In this document: positions 1 to 6,550 of the stretch, piece after piece
How the letters are laid out: each line of letters starts with the position of its first letter
How positions within the stretch are numbered: the stretch's first letter is position 1
DNA from: an uncultured Methanosarcinales archaeon
GTDB lineage: Archaea; Nanobdellota; Nanobdellia; Woesearchaeales; JAGVZT01
Reading direction: 5' to 3'
Assembly: GCA_964419615.1 (NCBI GenBank)
Contig: CAYQPU010000023.1
Coordinates: forward strand, 1-28,117
Length of the DNA stretch: 28,117 nucleotides
Translations under genes and position numbers: made by a program
Notes under the pieces: generated by a model
What the model was told of the DNA's origin: nothing
The model's input: only the letters and a program-made list of their open reading frames with translations
The model's database searches: none

Positions 1-2
1 GT

Positions 3-425
3 TCTTTATTACTTGGAGCTAAGCATGTTTTTTTTGTGGATGTTGATAAGGATGCAATTAAGATTTGTAAGAGTAATCTTGAAATGTTAGAAGAATTTGA
101 TACAAATAGTGTGCATTTTTTTAACGAGAATATTGGTAAGTTTGATAGAAAAGTAGATGTTGTTATTCAAAATCCACCTTTTGGTGTTCAGAATAAGCAT
201 GCAGATAAGCCTTTCTTAAAAAAGGCTTTTGAGATTTCTGACGTTGTTTATAGTCTACATAAGATTGAAAGTAAAGGTTTTATTGAGAAATTGAGCAAAG
301 ATGAGGGTTTTAGAGTGACTCATTTGTTTGAGTTTAGCATGCCAATAAAGCAGACTATGGGCTTTCATAAGCAGAGGATTAGAAGGATAAGGGTTGGGTG
401 CTGGCGATTTAAAAAGATTTATTAG
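3..425 (+). CDS. METTL5-like SAM-dependent N6-adenine RNA methyltransferase (5' end outside window)
   Basis: Frame is open from position 3 (SLLLGAKHVFFVDVDKDAI). It contains VDVVIQNPPFG (NPPF motif IV) and the C-terminal VYSLHK...F.MP....FHK pattern typical of archaeal METTL5 homologues. Confidence 0.85.
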   Translation, partial: SLLLGAKHVFFVDVDKDAIKICKSNLEMLEEFDTNSVHFFNENIGKFDRKVDVVIQNPPFGVQNKHADKPFLKKAFEISDVVYSLHKIESKGFIEKLSKDEGFRVTHLFEFSMPIKQTMGFHKQRIRRIRVGCWRFKKIY

Positions 426-447
426 ATTATTTAGATTCCCTTCTCTT

Positions 448-981
448 ATGAAAGATCGTATTGGAGCTATTTTAGGATTAGCAGTTGGATTAACAGCGTT
501 TAATTTTACTGTAAAAACTTATGCAGAACATATTGGTATGCAGGTTAATTCTCATCCTTTGCAAAGTGCTATAGAATTACAGGATGATTCTATAATTAAT
601 GTTTCAGATAATCTTGATGATGGAACTTTGGTTACATATTCAATTATTACAGAGAAACTTACTTCTTTACCTTTTGTTGATTATTGGACAATCACAGAGA
701 GTATATGGATAAGAATTGATGATAAAGTGATTGCAGTTAGAGATTATGATATGGATGGTGAGCCTGAAGAAGTGCAAGTTCTAAGGAAGTGTGATGATTA
801 TGACCCAATACTATCTATTTTGGTAAGGCCAAGTGGAAGAATTGTTGTTGATGGTTATTTAGGTGGTTTGTCAGCTGAAGAATGGCTTGAGTTAGGTGAA
901 CAATATTGGGATGAAGCTGAGGATTCTTTTGTTGAGGATTATAGAAAAGACGAATTTGGTTATGAAATTTGGGAGCTTTAG
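448..981 (+). CDS. Hypothetical membrane-anchored acidic protein
   Basis: ATG at 448 is followed by a hydrophobic N-terminal segment (IGAILGLAVGLTAFNF) and an acidic, probably extracellular domain with a YDMDGEPE loop. The ORF-track start at 394 overlaps the upstream gene and is unlikely. Confidence 0.7.
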   Translation: MKDRIGAILGLAVGLTAFNFTVKTYAEHIGMQVNSHPLQSAIELQDDSIINVSDNLDDGTLVTYSIITEKLTSLPFVDYWTITESIWIRIDDKVIAVRDYDMDGEPEEVQVLRKCDDYDPILSILVRPSGRIVVDGYLGGLSAEEWLELGEQYWDEAEDSFVEDYRKDEFGYEIWEL

Positions 982-996
982 ATTTAATAACAGAAA

Positions 997-1139
997 GCTC
1001 CACCTGGCCGGTTCCTGAGCCAGTTTGTTAACTTTCACAACAAATAATGTTCTCACATATTAGAGAATTGACAAACTGTACCTTTCTTAGTCATATGATG
1101 ATTTTGGTCTCACTCACATAAATCAGGCCTAGGTGGAGT
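997..1139. ncRNA. Candidate structured non-coding RNA or MITE-like element
   Basis: Terminal pairing GCTCCACCT-GGCC (997-1009) with GGCC-T-AGGTGGAGT (1126-1139). Internal helices CAGTTTGT/ACAAACTG (1021-1028/1071-1078), TTCTC/GAGAA (1050-1054/1063-1067) and TGATTT/AAATCA (1099-1104/1120-1125). It is intergenic and followed by a T-rich tract. Family not recognised. Confidence 0.45.
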
Positions 1140-1169
1140 GTTTTTATCTTGCTTTTGTTTAAAAACAGA

Positions 1170-1183
1170 AAACAATTTAAATA
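1170..1183 (+). promoter_or_regulatory. BRE/TATA promoter of rpoL (leaderless)
   Basis: A-rich BRE followed by TTTAAATA (1176-1183), 22 nt before ATG 1206; no SD motif. Confidence 0.55.
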
Positions 1184-1205
1184 TCAGCTTTTTACTTGTT
1201 TAAAT

Positions 1206-1481
1206 ATGGAAATCAAATTTGTTGAGGATAGTAAAAATAAGATTATTTTTGAGATTAAAGATGAAGGTCATACTCTTGCTAACTTGCTTGAAAAGGAGCT
1301 TTGGGATGATCCAGATATTAAAGCAGCAGGCTATCATGTTGAACACCCTTTAGTTGTTGTGCCACGTTTTGTGGTAGAGGTTAAAAGAGGTGCTGATGCC
1401 AGAAAAGCTGTTGAAAAGGCTGTTAAGAGGTTAGTGGCCAAAAACAAGAAATTCAGAACAGCTTTTAAAGCTGCAAAATGA
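1206..1481 (+). CDS. rpoL: DNA-directed RNA polymerase subunit L (Rpo11)
   Basis: FEIKDEGHTLANLLEKELWDDPDIKAAGYHVEHPL matches the Rpo11/RPB11 signature (E.HTL.N.L...L......AGY...HPL). ATG at 1206. Confidence 0.93.
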   Translation: MEIKFVEDSKNKIIFEIKDEGHTLANLLEKELWDDPDIKAAGYHVEHPLVVVPRFVVEVKRGADARKAVEKAVKRLVAKNKKFRTAFKAAK

Positions 1482-2017
1482 AAGATTTAATTGATCTTGC
1501 TAGATGTTCTATTGAAAGTGTTTATTTAGGTGAAGAGGTTAGTGTAAGCAATGATGTTAAAGTTAAGTTCTCTGATAATCAGGGTGTTTTTGTAACTTTA
1601 ACTATTAATAATGAACTTAGAGGATGTATTGGTTATATTGAGCCGGTTTTTCCATTGTTTGAAGGTGTGATTCGAGCCGCAAGAGCAGCTGCTTTTAAGG
1701 ACCATAGGTTCCCTAGGCTACAAAAAGAAGAATTTAAACATGTGAAGATTGAGATCTCTGTTTTAACAATTCCTGAGTTAATTAAGGTTGAAAAGCCTGA
1801 AGAGTATTTGGAGAAAATAAAGATTGGCAAGCATGGACTGATTATTAAAGGTTCTAGAGGTTCTGGATTGTTATTACCCCAGGTTTTTACTGATTATAAT
1901 AGTACACCTAAACAAGCTCTAGAGATGACTTGCCAAAAGGCAGGAATGTCAGCAGATGCTTGGAAAGAGCTTGAGAATAAGATTTATAGTTTTGAAGTTG
2001 AGATTGTTAAGGAGTGA
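1478..2017 (+). CDS. AMMECR1-domain protein (AmmeMemoRadiSam system protein A)
   Basis: GVFVTL...LRGCIG, AAFKDHRFP, GKHGLII, GLLLPQV and TCQKAG motifs. ATGA overlap with rpoL. Confidence 0.92.
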   Translation: MKDLIDLARCSIESVYLGEEVSVSNDVKVKFSDNQGVFVTLTINNELRGCIGYIEPVFPLFEGVIRAARAAAFKDHRFPRLQKEEFKHVKIEISVLTIPELIKVEKPEEYLEKIKIGKHGLIIKGSRGSGLLLPQVFTDYNSTPKQALEMTCQKAGMSADAWKELENKIYSFEVEIVKE

Positions 2018-2025
2018 ATTCTGTT

Positions 2026-2080
2026 TGTTAATGTGTTAACTTAAAATGTTGAATATGAGAGATTTGTTAATGTATTAACA
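2026..2080. repeat. Left paired-palindrome site (two TGTTAA-N4-TTAACA-type boxes, 39 bp apart)
   Basis: TGTTAATGTGTTAACT (2026-2041) and TGTTAATGTATTAACA (2065-2080). The second box overlaps the MNT stop codon. Confidence 0.8.
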
Positions 2081-2618
2081 TAATTGTTTTTCTATTGAAA
2101 TTGATTTTCCACTGTTTCATTATGTCAAGAATTTCATTGTCTTTTTCACTAGGGATTAAAAAACAACCTGGAGCTAAAAATTTTCCACCAAGGTTTTTTA
2201 CAATACCTTTGCCAGACCTACCTTTTAGCAAATAAACAAACCTGACTTTTGTACTTGATTTTAGTTTTGAAATGTTGTAAGTGTATAAACTAAAAGAGCT
2301 GAGATTATAAATTTCGTTTAATTTTTTTCCACTGATTAAACTGATGCCTTCAAATAATAAACTTCTGATCAGAGCATGGGGTTTTGTGAAAAATTCGTCT
2401 ATAAGGAGTGAGCTTGTATGTGCTTTTGATTTGGCTGCAAATTCCTTTACTATTTTCAAGTCAATTTTATTTCTAAAGATAATACATACATCAATATCTG
2501 AGGCTTTTGTTTTACCTTTTGCATAGGAACCAAATAGAACTACATCAATAATGTTTGATGATACAAACTCTTGTGCAATTCTTTTAAGTTCCAAATATTT
2601 TTTTGAGTTTTTCAGCAT
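2067..2618 (-). CDS. Minimal nucleotidyltransferase (MNT) antitoxin with extra C-terminal domain
   Basis: VLFGSYAKGK...SDIDV is the Pol-beta GS...DxD motif. The C-terminal ~75 aa have a beta-alpha-beta pattern reminiscent of Cas2/PaaX-C ferredoxin-like folds. Confidence 0.85.
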   Translation of the reverse strand: MLKNSKKYLELKRIAQEFVSSNIIDVVLFGSYAKGKTKASDIDVCIIFRNKIDLKIVKEFAAKSKAHTSSLLIDEFFTKPHALIRSLLFEGISLISGKKLNEIYNLSSFSLYTYNISKLKSSTKVRFVYLLKGRSGKGIVKNLGGKFLAPGCFLIPSEKDNEILDIMKQWKINFNRKTIMLIH

Positions 2619-2928
2619 TTTGTTTTAGGTATATTACATCCTCCTTATCCATCCTTAGGTTATAACTGTCAGTATATCTTTTGAATAAATCTGATACAAT
2701 TTGGTATACTTGAGGGAAGTTTTGTCTCAACAAATTGAATCTATCTGAGTGGTTTTTTGGTAAAATTCTAATCTTTATGTATATGTTTAGATCACATAAT
2801 ACTGCAACTGCTTTAAAGAAGGAGTTGACAGCTGAGTTATACCTTTGTTTAATTAATTCATCATTTCCACTTTCTAAAAATTCTAAATAATTTAGCCTAA
2901 GATCATTTTCTATATCTTGAGTCTTCAT
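2584..2928 (-). CDS. HEPN-domain protein (toxin partner of MNT)
   Basis: Small all-helical protein with YNSAVNSFFKA, PKNHSDRF and an Rx4Y (RYTDSY) motif. It overlaps the downstream MNT gene in the same operon. Confidence 0.7.
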   Translation of the reverse strand: MKTQDIENDLRLNYLEFLESGNDELIKQRYNSAVNSFFKAVAVLCDLNIYIKIRILPKNHSDRFNLLRQNFPQVYQIVSDLFKRYTDSYNLRMDKEDVIYLKQNAEKLKKIFGT

Positions 2929-2982
2929 GTTAATATGTTAACAAATAGCAAGTATTTATTTGTTTTGGTTAATGGGTTAACA
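2928..2982. repeat. Right paired-palindrome site (two boxes 39 bp apart), spanning the HEPN promoter
   Basis: TGTTAATATGTTAACA (2928-2943, abutting the HEPN start codon) and GGTTAATGGGTTAACA (2967-2982). An AT-rich TATA-like sequence lies between them on the minus strand. Confidence 0.8.
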
Positions 2983-3030
2983 CATTTCAATTAAGAAAAA
3001 TTAATATATTCTTGAATTTGATTTTTGTTT

Positions 3031-3681
3031 ATGGATGTTATTATCTTTGATGTTGATGGAGTTCTTGGTGATTTTACTAAGCTTAAACATTTAAGGGATA
3101 TTGCTCATATTCAGAATGTTGCTTTAAAACATAATATTGACTTTGAAGCTGCTAAAGAATTGTTTTTTTCTACAAAAAAGAAACTAAAGGAGCAAGATAA
3201 ACATTCAACTATTGATACAATGATGGAGCTTGGTTTTTCCCGAGAAGAATATTATGAGAGTATTAATTCTGTTCCTGTTGAAGGAAATATTGTATTGACT
3301 GAACATGCAGTTGAAGTGTTAGAAAAACTATCTAAAAAATATAATATAGTTGCCTTAACAAATACCCCACATGATTCTAATAAAAAAGTTTTAGTTTATT
3401 TGGGGCTTGACAAATTTGTTCATGCATTGTATTGTATTGATACTCATGATTATATTAAACCTTCAAGTGAGATTTTTAAGAGGATAATGGATGATTTTAA
3501 TGCAGGAAAAGGAATATCTGTTGGTGATTCTGTTGAAAAGGATTTACTGCCTGCAAAAGAGATTGGATTGAAGACTGTTTACTTTGGAAAGTATAAAGAT
3601 AAAATTGAGAATAGAGAGGGTATTGATTTTGAGATTGATGATTTAAGAGAGTTGTTTAACATCCTTGGTAGTCAAGGATAA
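3031..3681 (+). CDS. HAD-superfamily phosphatase (subfamily IA)
   Basis: Motif I FDVDGV, motif II LTN, motif III KP, motif IV GDSVEKD. ATG 3031 lies about 22 nt after TTAATATA. Confidence 0.9.
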   Translation: MDVIIFDVDGVLGDFTKLKHLRDIAHIQNVALKHNIDFEAAKELFFSTKKKLKEQDKHSTIDTMMELGFSREEYYESINSVPVEGNIVLTEHAVEVLEKLSKKYNIVALTNTPHDSNKKVLVYLGLDKFVHALYCIDTHDYIKPSSEIFKRIMDDFNAGKGISVGDSVEKDLLPAKEIGLKTVYFGKYKDKIENREGIDFEIDDLRELFNILGSQG

Positions 3682-4540
3682 CATCTGCAACCTGACTAAT
3701 ATCTCCTATTTGCATGTATTCATAAGTGTCTCCATCAATTTCCATTGTAGCTAACTTTGGAGCTGAACCATCATTTAGCACGTGGATTGCTTGCACACCA
3801 TATTTCAAAGATGCCTCAATATCCTTTCCTAAATGATCTCCAATGTAACATAAGGATCTTGGTTGATCAAAAGCAGTTGATACACTATGTATTTTCCGGA
3901 ACCCTTCTGGACTTGGTTTTTTTTCTGAAACATTTTCTGCGCAGAGTATTTCATAATTTGTTCCTGTTGATCTTGAAAAATCTCCAAGATCTAGTCCAAG
4001 AGCATGAACTACCTCTTGAGCTGTTCTATAGGTTTCTGTTGTTAAGATTCCCAATTGTTTACCTGCATTAACAAGTCTTTCAACTGAATCTACTAGATCT
4101 TGATTGTGACTCAGTATACTTTCAAAAGCAATATTCTCAAGCATTTCATGTAGGTATGTTGATTGTGTTCCTAGTTCATTTGCAAATATCTTACCATTTG
4201 ATTTGTTTTTTTCCAACAATCTATTATACTCTGCAATAATAAGTGGCTTAATATCTTTGATATGCTCAAGTAAATTCCCATCTTTTATAGCATCTTTATA
4301 TAGAACTATTGAAGTGTTAGCAATATGTTCAAGTAAAGGTATATTTTTATCTCGTCCTACGCTGATATCTAAAGAATCAAATTGTGATAGTGCCCAAAAT
4401 GCCATATATTTGAAAAAATCATGAGAATCTTGAATTGACAAACCAGATTTTGGATCTTCTAAGCTTTTATTATATAATGTTCCATCTACATCAAACCAAG
4501 CTTCAGTGATGATTTTTGGATCAAATTTTATCACACTCAT
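3656..4540 (-). CDS. HAD-superfamily phosphatase with enlarged cap
   Basis: FDVDGTLY, ILTTE, KKPSPEGF and IGDHLGKDI motifs, with a long helical cap between motifs I and II. Confidence 0.85.
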   Translation of the reverse strand: MSVIKFDPKIITEAWFDVDGTLYNKSLEDPKSGLSIQDSHDFFKYMAFWALSQFDSLDISVGRDKNIPLLEHIANTSIVLYKDAIKDGNLLEHIKDIKPLIIAEYNRLLEKNKSNGKIFANELGTQSTYLHEMLENIAFESILSHNQDLVDSVERLVNAGKQLGILTTETYRTAQEVVHALGLDLGDFSRSTGTNYEILCAENVSEKKPSPEGFRKIHSVSTAFDQPRSLCYIGDHLGKDIEASLKYGVQAIHVLNDGSAPKLATMEIDGDTYEYMQIGDISQVADVILDYQGC

Positions 4541-4615
4541 TTTTCTAATATTAATTTATGGTAAAACAACTATTTAAATCTTTCTGTTTTTTAATCACTG
4601 TTAAGTGGTAAAAAA

Positions 4616-4631
4616 GCAAAAGATTTATATA
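4616..4631 (+). promoter_or_regulatory. BRE/TATA promoter of the kinase-like gene pair
   Basis: AAAAGATTTATATA about 27 nt before ATG 4658. The same AAAGATTTA(T/A)ATA motif recurs at about 17967 and 24500. Confidence 0.55.
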
Positions 4632-4657
4632 GTCCAAATACTATTATATTGTGTAGG

Positions 4658-6550
4658 ATGAATCTCCAACAAGTCCTAGATAAGATGAGACTATCAAAAG
4701 TTAGATTTCCTTCTATTGATAATGTTGCTAATTTTGATATACAAGTAGAGTATCCATTAAAACCTGAGTTCCAGGATTCTGTGCTTGAGCCTATTGCAAA
4801 AGGTGTTTTCAGAGAAAAAACTCCTAATGGAGAATTATATTTTTTTGAGGATTTAGATTCTTATCTTAGATTTATGGATGATGAAGAGTTCCAGAGATTG
4901 ATTCATGTTAATGATTTAAGGTATTTTGATGATTTTGATGGCACAATAAATCCTATTGTAGATGATATCAGACGTGCAGATCCAGTAATGGGTACTGAAA
5001 ATGGTATAAGGGATTTTGTTAGTGAGAGAATATTAAAACTACAAAATACAGTTGTTAGCCATACTGTTTATGACGTTATACCATGGCTAACTACAGGTAG
5101 ATCTGGAGCACAATTAGGTGCACACAGATACGAGTTCAAGAACCCAAATTCTAAAAGAGAAAAAATTTCAACACATGATACTGTCAAAAAGAACAACCAT
5201 AGTGCACTAATGAATGAAATTGAATATGATATTCACATTTCTATGCCTGATGAGATAAGCACAGTTCATATGTTGATCAATTTTGGGATATTTTTTGATG
5301 GACATGTAGATTTTTCAGAGGGTTTTTCTACCCAGATATCCAATGATTCCAATGGTGACCCTATTAAAGATACACTTGCTGATGTGGCGCAAAATGGTGT
5401 TTTTGGTGAATATGATACAAAGGAATCAAGCAGGTTTACTAAAGCCATGCTTCATGCATTCAGGCAAAAGACTATGATATTTGGATTATTAAATCAAGAA
5501 GGATTTATTTCTGACAACAGAAAAGAATATTCACGAAGATTCAAGTTTGCTGATAGTCTTGCCACTTCATTTCCAGAACTTGTTACAGAAATCAGTGGAC
5601 GGGAAATCCCAGACAAAAAGAAAGATCCCAAAACATATGGTATGGTTATTGAAGATTTGGGATTGAGTCTTCATGCAGACGATTTTATTGAAGCTCAAGA
5701 AGGTCTTTTTTCAAGTAAGATGCTTTCATCTACAGGAATAAGTGATCCTAGATTCTTTTTAGCTTATAATAGAACACTTGGTGCCAAAATAGCTATGCTT
5801 GTTTCAGAATTGGGAGTTTGGACCAAAGATGAGTTTCCAAGAAACAGAGTTGTAGATAATGAAGGAACCACATATGCTCTTGATTTTTTGCCTTCATTTA
5901 CGTTGCCTCAAATAGATGATTCTTTTATGTATGATTGTGCAGCTATGGGTTTTGATGAAGACCTTATTGAAAGGTTTGTTAGAGCCACTTATGTTTTTAA
6001 TCGGATTGTTGGAGAACACCTTGAAAAAGGTGGGGTACTAAAGGATGTTCCTTTAGTGCCTTTTTATTTAGAAGATTATTTAGTTAATGGTAGAGGAGAA
6101 GAGAACTTGCCTTGGGTAGAAGAAACTAATAGATATTATGAAGTTTTTAGATTTGCAAGGCACCACAGGAACGTACTTCAAAGAGAACATTGCGCTAGAG
6201 AAGATAATCCAGATGGTGTTCAGCATTATGAGACTATAGCTTTTGATTCTATGGAGTATATTATGAACAATGTTGGTGAATTTTGGACTCCAGAAGAACA
6301 AGCACAGCATGTTGAAGAATATCATGTTACAATAGAAGATGACTTGATGACTGTTGCTGAGTACTTGCATCCAATTAGAGCAACTGAACTAGAAGAATTA
6401 AAACAAGTTGTAAGGGTTCCTGAATTAGAGGCAGTTTTAGAAACAAGTAGAATTACAGAATTAAGACCTGCAAATCAACCAGTCGCAAGGTATCCAGAAT
6501 ATGCGGAAATAATCCCTGATTACATACAAAAAGAGGTTGCATTAAGATGA
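4658..6550 (+). CDS. Large protein: HAD-like N-terminal motif plus divergent APH/choline-kinase-like phosphotransferase domain (paralogue A)
   Basis: DFDGTINPIVDD (about 4931) and TTGRSG in the N-terminal part. Kinase-like elements: KDTLADV (hinge), YNRTLGAKIAML, catalytic loop WTKDEFPRN (about 5825), YALDF (5882) and IDDSFMYD. Clear paralogy with the next gene. Confidence 0.55.
   Translation: MNLQQVLDKMRLSKVRFPSIDNVANFDIQVEYPLKPEFQDSVLEPIAKGVFREKTPNGELYFFEDLDSYLRFMDDEEFQRLIHVNDLRYFDDFDGTINPIVDDIRRADPVMGTENGIRDFVSERILKLQNTVVSHTVYDVIPWLTTGRSGAQLGAHRYEFKNPNSKREKISTHDTVKKNNHSALMNEIEYDIHISMPDEISTVHMLINFGIFFDGHVDFSEGFSTQISNDSNGDPIKDTLADVAQNGVFGEYDTKESSRFTKAMLHAFRQKTMIFGLLNQEGFISDNRKEYSRRFKFADSLATSFPELVTEISGREIPDKKKDPKTYGMVIEDLGLSLHADDFIEAQEGLFSSKMLSSTGISDPRFFLAYNRTLGAKIAMLVSELGVWTKDEFPRNRVVDNEGTTYALDFLPSFTLPQIDDSFMYDCAAMGFDEDLIERFVRATYVFNRIVGEHLEKGGVLKDVPLVPFYLEDYLVNGRGEENLPWVEETNRYYEVFRFARHHRNVLQREHCAREDNPDGVQHYETIAFDSMEYIMNNVGEFWTPEEQAQHVEEYHVTIEDDLMTVAEYLHPIRATELEELKQVVRVPELEAVLETSRITELRPANQPVARYPEYAEIIPDYIQKEVALR

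Noticed and set aside
997-1025. SRP RNA helix 8 on the minus strand (CAGG...GGAGC)
   Set aside because: Lacks the GNRA tetraloop and the AGCA symmetric-loop geometry; the element is far shorter than archaeal SRP RNA.
1012-1105. C/D box sRNA (CTGA at about 1015, ATGATGA at about 1095)
   Set aside because: Boxes are in the wrong order and spacing, and there is no C'/D' pair.
2026-2080. Integron attC site (stop codon overlapping TAAC ... GTT)
   Set aside because: R''-to-R' distance is too short, no complementary L boxes, no long bottom-strand hairpin and no integron integrase in the window.
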